Virus record (IMG/VR): IMGVR_UViG_3300036780_000012
Location: 1 to 64,000 of that record
Source: a virus
DNA length: 64,000 bases
Strand: one strand, 5' to 3'
A program made the position numbers and the translations under genes. The notes beneath the pieces were generated by a model. That model was not told the DNA's origin, did not search any database, and saw nothing but the letters and a program-made list of their open reading frames with translations. This document shows, one piece after another, positions 48,522-57,428 of this stretch; within the stretch, counting starts at the first letter, position 1; each line of letters starts with the position of its first letter.

Positions 48522-49712
48522 TCACGCCTCCGGCCCAAACAGTTCTTGCTCTACCGCTTCATCCGCTGACATCGCAGCCTGTTCTTCGGCAGGCTTATCA
48601 TCTACGAACTTCACGCCAGCTAGTTCGAGTAGGTGCTCTACCTGAAAGAACTCTTTCCCATCTTTTGTTTCCTGTCGCGAGACTTCTGCCAACATCGTCT
48701 TGGGATAGGCACCGGCAATAAAGTAATCATGCATCGACTTATGCCAGACGTACAGTTTGCCATCCTGATTCTGTTGGTTCACGACAGAGAGTACAAGATA
48801 CGGCTCTCCAGGTTCGCCTTTTTTTGTCGCCTTCTTATTCTTTTTCTCTGCCGCCTTTACTAAGTACACCGCAGCGGTAATCGGCTTTGAGGTTAGACGG
48901 TCCTGTTCGGCGTGCTTGCAATCCTTTTCATGGCCACCGATTTTTCGGCATTCTCCACACATGGTTGGAGCTTCTTTTGCCGGGGCCTGAGCCTGTTCGT
49001 CTTTGTCCAATTTTGGACTGGCGTTTCTGCTAAGGCCAGTATCCTCATGTCCCCGATTTGGTTCGGAGGATGGTTGCAGATTCGCAATATCCAAGGTCAT
49101 TGACTCACGCTGGGTTTTCGCCTGTGAGGTATCTGTAGGAATATCCATTGCTTCCTCGGCTAGCGAGATACCTTTGAGTACATCGGCGAAGGAATCGCGC
49201 AAGGCAAATCCTCTCGCTCTCATCTGTCTCATGCGGTTTCGATATTGAATCCACGGGCCTTTGTTTAACAGGCCAGCTTTCGCAGCGTCGTCATCGCTGA
49301 ACTTACGTATCACCGGAGAACGCCCACGACGCTTTACAATGCAGGTTGCGACCGTTCCCTCTGTGCTTTCCTGAATGTCTTCGAAGTCAGGATGTCCGGA
49401 GCAAAGGGCTAAAGCTCCATCGCCCCAGAGAGCAGGTCTGCCGTTAATCACCGATACAGACTGCAAGGATTGCATGGGCGGTAAGCCGATCTCCGCGCCG
49501 AACTGGATCGCCACAATAATATTTGCAGGTTTCTTCTGATAATCTTTCGGTACGATCTCGCTTGCGGCCATCATCTTTGCGAGAGCAATCGCCTCGGTAA
49601 GATTTGCAGGAGTAAAGGCGGCGAGTCGAGTTTGTTTTGCGCTGCGGTTAGTGTCGATTGCGACAGCAGGTTGGACAGGGAGAGCGAGAGCGTATTGCTT
49701 TGCTTCTGACAT
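48522..49712 (-). CDS. RecT/Red-beta-like single-strand annealing protein
   Basis: PANIIVAIQFGAEIGLPPMQ...INGRPALWGD; RM..RARGFALRD.FAD. Confidence 0.8.
   Translation of the reverse strand: MSEAKQYALALPVQPAVAIDTNRSAKQTRLAAFTPANLTEAIALAKMMAASEIVPKDYQKKPANIIVAIQFGAEIGLPPMQSLQSVSVINGRPALWGDGALALCSGHPDFEDIQESTEGTVATCIVKRRGRSPVIRKFSDDDAAKAGLLNKGPWIQYRNRMRQMRARGFALRDSFADVLKGISLAEEAMDIPTDTSQAKTQRESMTLDIANLQPSSEPNRGHEDTGLSRNASPKLDKDEQAQAPAKEAPTMCGECRKIGGHEKDCKHAEQDRLTSKPITAAVYLVKAAEKKNKKATKKGEPGEPYLVLSVVNQQNQDGKLYVWHKSMHDYFIAGAYPKTMLAEVSRQETKDGKEFFQVEHLLELAGVKFVDDKPAEEQAAMSADEAVEQELFGPEA
49005..49018. repeat. Dispersed palindrome copy 7 (GTCCAATTTTGGAC)
   Basis: In recombinase linker, read as SPKLD. 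Confidence 0.85.
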
Positions 49713-49784
49713 ATTGCCTTTCTTGTTTTTCTAGACATTTCACGCGCCTCTAGAGGCTCCGAGGAAAACAGTTTACTACTTTGA

Positions 49785-50879
49785 TTATCCAATCTGTACT
49801 AACTTCGGCACTGCCACTGTATGCGGGCGTTTCGCGGCTGGACACATGTCCCAATATCCACAAAACGATTCGGAACAATGCCAATCGTCGGTATTCGCTG
49901 GCATAAAGGCTCCTGTCTTCGTTGCTACATGCCATGAGTGAATCGCTCGGGCGAATCGGAACAAAAACACATTAATGTCGTCCATTGTTACCGTACTCGA
50001 ACGCGGAACATAATTCAGGTCATGGCGCTTCGGAGTCCGAACGAGATAGTCGAGCACCGTAGCGTCCGGTAGTTTCTTGTCGAGGACCAGGGTTGCGAGT
50101 CCGTAACTGACAAGCTGATTCGAGTCGTCCGCGCTATCCTCGGATGGAGAACGTTTGCTTGTTTTTGTATCACGGATAACGATTTCTTTCTTGAATCCAC
50201 CGTCTACGAAGCCTTCTGCTCTCATCCACTGAGGAATATGGACATTGCGCAATTCGTCTCTAACTGGAACCGTAGTTTCTTCGATGATGTCGATAGCTCC
50301 GGCAAAGTCCGTTCCGATCCGCGCCGCTGAGTTCATCGCCGCACCTTCTGCATGGAGAATCTTCGCAGCATCTAAGCTCTGCTGTTTATCGCCGTCCGTG
50401 TGTAATTGCTTCGCTCGCTTTCGCAACCAACCATCCATGTCGATAGCGAATGACCTTTGCACGTACTTTGGTTGAATGACCGGCGCAGCCTTATCGTAAT
50501 GCAGGCCGGCAAGCGACACGCTCTTATCAAGCGCCTCTGCCTTTGCCGCATCTTTCGAGATGCCCTCTTTCTTCTCGCTCAGTTCTACCTCGAACGGATC
50601 GGAAGATTCTTTAGCTTCGAATGTAGCAGCCGCAATATCAACCGCATCCTGGCGTTTCAGGAGTTCACCAGTGTCAATCTTGTTCTGCAAGTCCTGTGTT
50701 ACGCTGGCATCTACAGCAGAGCCAACGTGGAGATAGGCAGACGGCGGACGCCTGATTCCTAGTTGATAACGAAACATGGCGCGTAGCTGACACACCGACA
50801 TGGTAGACATGAATGATTGATGGTACTGCATTCGCTTTTTAGGCGTAATAGATTTTAGTGCTTCTGTAGCGTCAGGCAT
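49785..50879 (-). CDS. PD-(D/E)XK (RecB/Cas4-like) exonuclease
   Basis: G.ID, D.KT, QL..Y and C..FCGY..MC motifs. Confidence 0.8.
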   Translation of the reverse strand: MPDATEALKSITPKKRMQYHQSFMSTMSVCQLRAMFRYQLGIRRPPSAYLHVGSAVDASVTQDLQNKIDTGELLKRQDAVDIAAATFEAKESSDPFEVELSEKKEGISKDAAKAEALDKSVSLAGLHYDKAAPVIQPKYVQRSFAIDMDGWLRKRAKQLHTDGDKQQSLDAAKILHAEGAAMNSAARIGTDFAGAIDIIEETTVPVRDELRNVHIPQWMRAEGFVDGGFKKEIVIRDTKTSKRSPSEDSADDSNQLVSYGLATLVLDKKLPDATVLDYLVRTPKRHDLNYVPRSSTVTMDDINVFLFRFARAIHSWHVATKTGAFMPANTDDWHCSESFCGYWDMCPAAKRPHTVAVPKLVQIG

Positions 50880-51111
50880 CTGCTTTCCTTTCGAACTTTC
50901 TCATTTCGCGACCGCGCTCCATCGCTTCATACTCCTCTTGCGCCTGCCGCTGCCGAATGCGTCTCATGCAGTCCAAAATTAGACAGCGCTGACTGTTCTT
51001 CTTAGCGCTCCAATCAACCGGATTGCACGTGCGGTTTAAGAATTGCTGAAGCAGACGCAATACGGTAGTCGATTGATCGTTTAACTCCACAGCGTTCCCT
51101 TTCCCTGCCAA
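50872..51111 (-). CDS. Hypothetical protein
   Basis: Overlaps nuclease start. Confidence 0.45.
   Translation of the reverse strand: MAGKGNAVELNDQSTTVLRLLQQFLNRTCNPVDWSAKKNSQRCLILDCMRRIRQRQAQEEYEAMERGREMRKFERKADA
50971..50984. repeat. Dispersed palindrome copy 8 (GTCCAAAATTAGAC)
   Basis: Read as CLILD; opposite flank polarity to the other copies. Confidence 0.8.
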
Positions 51112-51251
51112 AGTCTCTTTACTCCAGAGCCGAGTTCCCAGAACGTCATTACTGCGCAGATTACCGTTACGAGCAGGATAAGACCGAACAGGGGAACGGT
51201 ATAGCCTTGGTCGTCTAGCTCGGCCTGATCTAAACTTGAAAAACTAGTCAT

Positions 51252-52040
51252 TTATTTCACCGCTATCATACGTTTGACCAAATCAACAGCGGAATTCTGT
51301 AGAACTACCAAAGTCGGTTTCAAAGCAGCCCTCGCAGCAGCCCACGCAGCAGCCCTCGCAGCAGCCCCCGCAGCAGCCCCCGCAGCAGCCCCCGCAGCAG
51401 CCCACGCAGCAGCCCCCGCAGCAGCCCACGCAGCAGCCCTCGCAGCAGCCCCCGCAGCAGCCCCCGCAGCAGCCCCCGCAGCAGCCCCCGCAGCAGCCCT
51501 CGCAGCAGCCCCCGCAGCAGCCCACGCAGCATCCCTCGCAGCAGCCCTCGCAGCAGCCCCCGCAGCATCCCTCGTAGCAGCCCTCGCAGCATAAGCATTA
51601 TCGCGGACGGCTTCTATAGTGCCGCGAATAGAAGGTGTTTGAGTAAAGTCGGTAATTCTCGGCAGCGATTCTAGCGCTTCGGCACTAGTAGTCAAGCCAG
51701 CTAACCGCAACCACATTGGAGTATGTACGCGAATCAGCCAATCGGCGCATAGTATCGCTCGCTGAACCTCTACCTCTTTCGTTGATCGGGTACCGATTAG
51801 ATCGCGGATAAGCGGCTTCAAAAGACGGTCACGGTCCGCATCGCTTGGCAATGCATCATTCCATGAACGCAGGAAAGCGCTGATAACCGGACAAGCGCAT
51901 TTAGGATGGTCGCTCCATGATTCACCCGCAACAAAGGCAACAGCTTCCATCACGCAGAAAGTCGAGTCCGGGGAATGCGCTCCGGCTTTCAAAGATAAGT
52001 TAGCAAGTTTATTCCAACGTTCTTCAATTACTGGAGTCAT
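51252..52040 (-). CDS. Phage protein with AA(R/G/W)A tetrapeptide repeats
   Basis: CVMEAVAFVAGE.WSDHP.C.CPVI...WND N-domain plus Ala-rich repeat. Confidence 0.8.
   Translation of the reverse strand: MTPVIEERWNKLANLSLKAGAHSPDSTFCVMEAVAFVAGESWSDHPKCACPVISAFLRSWNDALPSDADRDRLLKPLIRDLIGTRSTKEVEVQRAILCADWLIRVHTPMWLRLAGLTTSAEALESLPRITDFTQTPSIRGTIEAVRDNAYAARAATRDAAGAAARAAARDAAWAAAGAAARAAAGAAAGAAAGAAAGAAARAAAWAAAGAAAWAAAGAAAGAAAGAAARAAAWAAARAALKPTLVVLQNSAVDLVKRMIAVK
51325..51591. repeat. 12-bp tandem repeat, about 22 units
   Basis: Unit GCG-NGG-GCT-GCT on the minus strand. Confidence 0.95.
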
Positions 52041-52067
52041 TAAAGTATTTTCCTTTCCTGAAACCTG

Positions 52068-52313
52068 TCAGTGTGTTTCCTTGTCAAGATGGCGAACGCA
52101 ACGGGCCTCGTCGCCATCTGGTAACAACTGCACCGCTGCCTCTTCTCCGCACTCGCGCCCTTCCCTGTTTACGAATGAGCAAGCAACGCTATTTACTTCG
52201 CGCAAGCATTCCTCGGTACAACGGTGAAGTAATTCTTCACTTGGCAGGACGAGCACGCGCAGAGCCTGGTTCATCTGGTTTACGATCTCTTTTGCTTCTT
52301 GAGCGGATGACAT
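52068..52313 (-). CDS. Small Cys/His protein
   Basis: C...CG...C..H pattern; SD present. Confidence 0.5.
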   Translation of the reverse strand: MSSAQEAKEIVNQMNQALRVLVLPSEELLHRCTEECLREVNSVACSFVNREGRECGEEAAVQLLPDGDEARCVRHLDKETH

Positions 52314-52549
52314 AATTCCCCTTTTGGCTTTCGACCAATCATTCGCAGGGTGCTGGAGTGTCTCGATCGGGAGTACATCCCTATGCTATCTACCCAGTCC
52401 ATTTGGCATGCCTTTATATGCGGCTGGACTCGACGCTGCTGCGTCTCGAAGGATCTATAGCGGGAGCCGCCCCGCAGATCGGCAGAAATCATCGCACTCA
52501 ATCGGGTTGTCCTCGCAGCACCCAGCGAATTACTGGCTTGTCTCATATC

Positions 52550-52768
52550 CTAACTCCACATCTTCCACGTTACAGCCAAACCAACTGCAATGATCCCGCA
52601 GACTATAGCCAGCAAAAAGTAATCCGTTCGCTGACTATTCAGAACGCAGAGACCATAGCCGTTATTCTCCAAATCCTCGGGGCCGACGTACCGTCCTCCG
52701 CATAGGCAGCAATAAGTTGCAGGTTTGAATTTCATGGGACGCCTCCTGTCTAAAATTGGACTATCCAA
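52550..52768 (-). CDS. Small zinc-ribbon plus TM protein
   Basis: CCLCGG and C-terminal hydrophobic helix. Confidence 0.5.
   Translation of the reverse strand: MDSPILDRRRPMKFKPATYCCLCGGRYVGPEDLENNGYGLCVLNSQRTDYFLLAIVCGIIAVGLAVTWKMWS
52748..52761. repeat. Dispersed palindrome copy 9 (GTCTAAAATTGGAC)
   Basis: At the 5' end of ORF 52550-52768 (SPILD). Confidence 0.8.
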
Positions 52769-52809
52769 CTATTCTCCAAGGCCAGCCGCCCGGAAGAATA
52801 GCTCGGCAG

Positions 52810-52974
52810 TCAAAGCACCTGCGAAGGTTGCGATGGGACCGCCGAAACCTTAGCCGCTACCGTTTCCCAAGCTTTCTGCTGCGCGCTTCCAATACATTCC
52901 CATTTTAGGGAGATCATTCTGTTGGTTTTGTAAAGGGCATTGATGTATGTTTCGTAGAGCAATCTATCTTTCAT
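52810..52974 (-). CDS. First gene of the leftward early operon (54 aa)
   Basis: MKDRLLYETY...QQKAWETVA, hand translated; SD GAGG. Confidence 0.55.
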   Translation of the reverse strand: MKDRLLYETYINALYKTNRMISLKWECIGSAQQKAWETVAAKVSAVPSQPSQVL

Positions 52975-53011
52975 TGGCTTGTCCTCGCAGGTGGATTTCG
53001 ATTACGAAACC

Positions 53012-53108
53012 AATATACGCAGACTCTCAAACTTCTGTCAAGCATTATTTAACATTATTTAACAGCCGTTATTATTTGCTTGACTTCCGCAAAACGCAGG
53101 TTTACAGT
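53012..53108. promoter_or_regulatory. Back-to-back divergent sigma70 promoters with an AT-rich direct repeat
   Basis: Minus: TTGACA(53041-53036)-18-TATATT. Plus: TTGACT(53080-53085)-17-TACAGT(53103-53108). CATTATTTAA x2 lies between. Coincides with the strand switch. Confidence 0.8.
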
Positions 53109-53115
53109 CTCGTTC

Positions 53116-53268
53116 ATGAGCGATTCCCCGATTACATTTCTAAGATTGCCAGAATCACTCCGCAAGGAAGCGCAGAAACTTGCGGTGCGGGAGGATCGGT
53201 CTCTAGCTAACACGCTGCGTATGCTGATTAAGGAAGCATTACAAGCTCGAAACGGGAAGGCGAGATGA
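53116..53268 (+). CDS. Arc/CopG-like ribbon-helix-helix regulator (probably leaderless)
   Basis: FLRLPESLRKEAQKLAVREDRSLANTLRMLIKEAL; ATG 7 nt after the -10 box. Confidence 0.8.
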   Translation: MSDSPITFLRLPESLRKEAQKLAVREDRSLANTLRMLIKEALQARNGKAR

Positions 53269-53687
53269 GCCCTCGAATCAGTTTTACCGTAATCGGAACT
53301 CCTCAACCACAAGGCTCTAGCCGCGCATTCGTTCCGAAAGGCTGGACGCGGGCAATCATTACGTCAGCTAACTCGAAGCTCAAGCCGTGGCGCCAGGAGA
53401 TTGCAGGGACCGCCCAAGTAGCGATGAACGAGTCCAAAATTGGACTACTCGAAAATGTCCCGCTCGCTATCGAAGCTGCCTTCTTTTTTGATAAGCCTAA
53501 ATCCGCAAAGAAGTCATTGCTTCATAAGATCACAAAACCAGATGCCGACAAACTGTTGCGCGGTTTGCTCGATGCACTAACCGGGATCGTATTCAAAGAC
53601 GATGCTCAGATCGTCCAGTGCATCGTTAGAAAAGGGTTTGGAGTTCCTAGCAGAGTCGAGGTTTCCGTAATGGGGGTTTCGCAATGA
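53265..53687 (+). CDS. rusA: RusA-family Holliday junction resolvase
   Basis: PQPQGS, KPDADKL.R..LDALTG..F.DDAQIV. Confidence 0.9.
   Translation: MSPRISFTVIGTPQPQGSSRAFVPKGWTRAIITSANSKLKPWRQEIAGTAQVAMNESKIGLLENVPLAIEAAFFFDKPKSAKKSLLHKITKPDADKLLRGLLDALTGIVFKDDAQIVQCIVRKGFGVPSRVEVSVMGVSQ
53432..53445. repeat. Dispersed palindrome copy 10 (GTCCAAAATTGGAC)
   Basis: In rusA, read as ESKIGL. Confidence 0.85.
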
Positions 53688-53844
53688 CCGACAAGCAATA
53701 TCACGACCTGATAGAAATTCTGGAACGTGCATGGCAGCGAGCCGAACGATTACCGACAATCAGCCGCGAACGCGATGCTCAGTTAGACGATTTGCGGCGA
53801 GCGTTGAATATCTTGTTTGAGATATGGCAGGTTAAGGAGACAGC

Positions 53845-54297
53845 GTGAGCAATAGTGTTTGCCTTTTCGTATCAACCGAGGAGTTCGATCCTGTTTCCGC
53901 GCTGATTCGAGCGCGTACTGAATGCGATTGGTCGCATGTAGGTTTCTACCGACTCGCGAGTAATGTAACGTTTAGCGCTATGTGTGACGGTAAAGGCGTG
54001 GCATGGCGAGCCTTACGACCAATGCAGAAGATCATGTTGCTGGACGCACCGCATGTAGATGAAGCATTTTCGTATGCGCTAACTCAGTCTGGAAAGCCGT
54101 ACAACACTATCGACATCGCCGGGTTAGCCGTAGGCCGCAACTGGGAGACCGTCGATAGCTTTATTTGCTCTACGCTCGTTCTCTGGGCATTCGAGAAGGC
54201 TGAGTATCCGCTTCTCAACCCTACATTCATTCCGCTGGAACATTACACGCCACGCGACATCTTGTTGAGTCCGTACGTGCAGGAAAGGAAACCATGA
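53845..54297 (+). CDS. Permuted papain-like NlpC/P60 (YiiX/YebB-type) amidase
   Basis: WSHVG precedes GKPY...FICSTLV...TPRD. Confidence 0.8.
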   Translation: MSNSVCLFVSTEEFDPVSALIRARTECDWSHVGFYRLASNVTFSAMCDGKGVAWRALRPMQKIMLLDAPHVDEAFSYALTQSGKPYNTIDIAGLAVGRNWETVDSFICSTLVLWAFEKAEYPLLNPTFIPLEHYTPRDILLSPYVQERKP

Positions 54298-54569
54298 AGC
54301 TGGACGAGAAGCAGATAGAGGAATTACGTCAGTGGGCTTGGGAAGAGGGTTGGGAGGGAAGTCCAACTGGACCTATACACCATCCTGTCAGGCTTGAGAT
54401 TAGCACGGAGCCAGACTTACTTCCGGGGAAGAAGCCTTGGGCTGGACGGTACTTTCAACGAGTTGTGGCGCGTGTCTATCTCGTCGAGCCAAGCTGTATA
54501 GGCCCCGGACACGATGACAATTTAGCTATTTGTGAGTGCGAACCGCTTGCGGTAAGGAGATTGCAATGA
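54294..54569 (+). CDS. Hypothetical protein
   Basis: ATGA overlaps. Confidence 0.5.
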   Translation: MKLDEKQIEELRQWAWEEGWEGSPTGPIHHPVRLEISTEPDLLPGKKPWAGRYFQRVVARVYLVEPSCIGPGHDDNLAICECEPLAVRRLQ

Positions 54570-55366
54570 AGAAAAACCCTACATCTTTCGACCTGATCGC
54601 CGCATTGGATAAGCGGGTAAAAGCAATCGAGAATGAACCTGTTCCGACGACGCCTAAACTCGCTTTACTTTGGCACCAGCGCGATATTGAAGATTACAAT
54701 TCCATGCGCGGTATGGTGAAAGAAGTATCAGATGCGCCTAAGATTACACAGTTAGAAGAGTTTGATAAAACAACGTTGTCCCCAGAAGAGCGCGAAGCAT
54801 TAGCTAGGATTCTCGCTGCTCCTTCCCGTCCTCCTGTTCGCTGGCCGCGATGGGTAACGGTACTGGCGCTAGCAGGGTTCATAGTCTTTATAGGGTGGCG
54901 AGTCAGTCCAAAATTGGACAAGAATGCTCCCATGCGTCCTACTGCGGATAGTGTATTCTGCCCGGAAGGTAAACTCTGTCCTGATAATAGTGGCTACAAC
55001 CCTCAGCAGAATAACATGGGTTACTTATATCCTAATACGGATGGGCATATTGCTGCGAGTAGCGGCACGGGTACGGTAGGGACCGTAATTCTAAAACGAT
55101 ATTCCAAATGGCTGCTTGCAGTTTCCCCGCAGATCGAGGACTGCTGGATACGCATTAGCGTAGGCGATAGTCGGGTCGTGGCCGAGGGAACGGTTATGGG
55201 CGGGAATATAGATACTTATGCGTTCCCTGTCGGTCAAATAGCCACCGTGCGTACAGGATGCCCCGGTGGCGTACGTTACTGGGTAAACGGCGAAGAGATT
55301 CAACCTGAAGAGTCTAAGCAGCCGCATGATACGAGCAAGGTCGAACTGGTAGAGGTTAAACCGTGA
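54566..55366 (+). CDS. Membrane protein with RodZ C-terminal (DUF4115-like) domain
   Basis: Single TM; EDCWIRI.V...EG....G...VRTG.PGGV..VNG. Confidence 0.65.
   Translation: MKKNPTSFDLIAALDKRVKAIENEPVPTTPKLALLWHQRDIEDYNSMRGMVKEVSDAPKITQLEEFDKTTLSPEEREALARILAAPSRPPVRWPRWVTVLALAGFIVFIGWRVSPKLDKNAPMRPTADSVFCPEGKLCPDNSGYNPQQNNMGYLYPNTDGHIAASSGTGTVGTVILKRYSKWLLAVSPQIEDCWIRISVGDSRVVAEGTVMGGNIDTYAFPVGQIATVRTGCPGGVRYWVNGEEIQPEESKQPHDTSKVELVEVKP
54906..54919. repeat. Dispersed palindrome copy 11 (GTCCAAAATTGGAC)
   Basis: Read as SPKLD just after the TM. Confidence 0.85.
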
Positions 55367-55599
55367 AGTTAACTATACCAGAGGTCTTACCATTGGTCGT
55401 CAGCCTATATAAAAAGCATTCCGCAGGATGCTGCCTGCATATAGTGTTAGACGATAACAATGTAGACGATAGCTGTGTAGATTTTTGCATTCGGCAAGCG
55501 CGGAGGTTAAATCACGCTGACTGCCTAAACTTGGCGCTCTTATTGGCAAGGATGTCCAGAACGCAGCGATTAAAACTAGCGCACAGAAAATGTTATTAG
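55363..55599 (+). CDS. Conserved phage hypothetical protein
   Basis: GCCLHIVLDD.N motif. Confidence 0.65.
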   Translation: MKLTIPEVLPLVVSLYKKHSAGCCLHIVLDDNNVDDSCVDFCIRQARRLNHADCLNLALLLARMSRTQRLKLAHRKCY

Positions 55600-55617
55600 A
55601 ACTAAAAAGGAGAAACA

Positions 55618-56043
55618 ATGAAGCGAATTGCCACTGTAATTCTATTGCTCTCTGCCGCTCTTTACGGGCAGGAGAAGATCAAACCGCTAACCGCTGAAGA
55701 AGAGTTAGACATTCGTACACCTCAGATTCGTTCTATGCAAGACGCCGCGCAAAAGGCAGCTATTACAGCTCAGTATCAGGCAGAGATGGAAAAAGACCCG
55801 AAGTACGTGGCTCTCGATAAGGATCAGCAAGAAGCAGACGCGGAAGCGCAAAAGGCTCTAGATGAGGTGTACTCTTCTCGTCGTCTGAATAAGAATGAGG
55901 TCGTGTTTTGTATGGGACAGACTCATAACGCAGGAGGTGTAATTGGTGGGCCTTGCGATTCTGCTCCGGCGAATCGACTAAGCCTGCAACCGCTAACTAA
56001 GGTAAAGTCCGACAATAAGGCTAGTGAGGTTAAGAAACCGTAA
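55618..56043 (+). CDS. Exported hypothetical protein
   Basis: MKRIATVILLLSAALYGQ signal peptide; SD AGGAG. Confidence 0.7.
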   Translation: MKRIATVILLLSAALYGQEKIKPLTAEEELDIRTPQIRSMQDAAQKAAITAQYQAEMEKDPKYVALDKDQQEADAEAQKALDEVYSSRRLNKNEVVFCMGQTHNAGGVIGGPCDSAPANRLSLQPLTKVKSDNKASEVKKP

Positions 56044-56055
56044 CTAGGAGAAGCG

Positions 56056-56790
56056 ATGCCAAACCAAGTGCAGGACTGGATGCTCCGAGCAGTTAAACAA
56101 ATCAGGGCAAATTGGTGGCACTCCGGAGTCCCTGATGAATCTATCGCGCAGATCATCGCCGATCACGCTCCGGGGGCGGAACCCATGCCCGTTCCAACAA
56201 CGCCGAAGTGTTTGAGCTATGACGAGTGTGATGGCGATCTTCCCGGAGAATGGCATGAGAAAAACTGCCCCTGCTATGTAGAGGAAGTTGATGGCGTGAT
56301 GGCGGCCGATTGGGAACGTAGGAAGCCGGAGCTAGATGCGGAGTTCGTGAAATTCAAAGCCCAACGTGAAGCGAAACCCCTTCCTGCTGTCTCCCCACGG
56401 TACGAATGGACACCAGAAGTTGAGACTGCACGGAAACTCCTGATGGAGAAGTTTTCCGATCAGTTCAGTATGGAGGCAATCGCCGAAGCGGCTTACATAC
56501 TTGGCGGAAAAGTATCGGCTGGGGCTGTCTCCTCCGCTTCCCGGCCTTACGAAGTAGGCGAGTCCGAGCGCATGAAAGATCCTCAGCCCGCGAAACTGGT
56601 CAAAGCCATGACCGAGGCTCAGGAAGATGGCAGAGAGGCTGTCTCTCCAACGAATGAATTTTCACGTGGACGGCTGTTTCAATTCCAGCGTATGAAGGAC
56701 AAGCGTCCACTTGACCCGGTTTATTGGGATATGCACGAATTGCGGGAACTGAAAGCGGCTGTTTCTCCAGAGCCGCAGGAGAAGAAATGA
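56056..56790 (+). CDS. Mosaic hypothetical protein with modules separated by AVS(P/S)
   Basis: Four GCTGTYTC linkers. Confidence 0.65.
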   Translation: MPNQVQDWMLRAVKQIRANWWHSGVPDESIAQIIADHAPGAEPMPVPTTPKCLSYDECDGDLPGEWHEKNCPCYVEEVDGVMAADWERRKPELDAEFVKFKAQREAKPLPAVSPRYEWTPEVETARKLLMEKFSDQFSMEAIAEAAYILGGKVSAGAVSSASRPYEVGESERMKDPQPAKLVKAMTEAQEDGREAVSPTNEFSRGRLFQFQRMKDKRPLDPVYWDMHELRELKAAVSPEPQEKK

Positions 56791-57152
56791 TTAAAGAATT
56801 TACGCCGGGAACGGTTTTGATTGAGCGCGAACGCGAGCGGCAGATTGAGAAAGAAGGCTGGACTTCGGAACACGACGCGCACCACGATGCGGGAGAACTG
56901 GCCGATGCTGCGGCGTGCTATGCCGATCTGTCCGCTGCGCTTATTCGAGGAGCGAGCGTCGAGGAGTTGAAGCCGCTAATTATTGATGGCTACGATTCAA
57001 TGCTGACGTGGCCCTTCGATGATGACGATTTTAAGCCGACCGATGATCCGATACGCAATCTAGTGAAGGCCGGGGCGTTAATCGCGGCAGAAATTGACAG
57101 ACTTCAACGAGCTGTCTCCCCAGAGCCAACACTGAAAAAGGAGAACTCATGA
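56787..57152 (+). CDS. Widespread phage protein (ERxRQ..EGW..HD...LVKAGALI.AEIDRL family)
   Basis: Motif recognition. Confidence 0.75.
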   Translation: MIKEFTPGTVLIERERERQIEKEGWTSEHDAHHDAGELADAAACYADLSAALIRGASVEELKPLIIDGYDSMLTWPFDDDDFKPTDDPIRNLVKAGALIAAEIDRLQRAVSPEPTLKKENS

Positions 57153-57428
57153 AGCAATTGTTAGCCATACTTCTGTTGACTGGTTTTGCGTTGGCACAAA
57201 GTCTCATACTTGCCGCCGATGAGCGATCCGTTCTGGAAGACGGACACCGGGAAAGCGTTCATCGCCCGCTATCAGGAGTTGAAGCAGTGCGATGCGCGAG
57301 CCGTCAAAAATCTACGCTCTGTATGGCCGGATGTTCACTGCGTCAAGAATCAGATCGGCAAGGGCAACCATTTCGAGTTCACCGGAAAGTTGTATGAAGA
57401 GTGGATGCAACCGAAAAAGGGGAAATAA
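57149..57428 (+). pseudogene. Exported protein apparently split by a 1-nt frameshift near 57200
   Basis: Signal peptide MKQLLAILLLTGFALAQ joins VSYLPPMSDPFW... if one A of CAAAG is removed. Confidence 0.45.

Noticed and set aside
51274-51598. Cys-rich (GCCGGCC) and Leu-Arg (LLRG) ORFs
   Set aside because: Alternative-frame readings of the 12-bp tandem repeat; not a CRISPR array because there are no unique spacers
2846-54919. Palindrome as IS ends, CRISPR repeats or a conserved peptide
   Set aside because: No transposase, no target duplications and no regular spacing; host ORFs are intact and the motif is read in several frames
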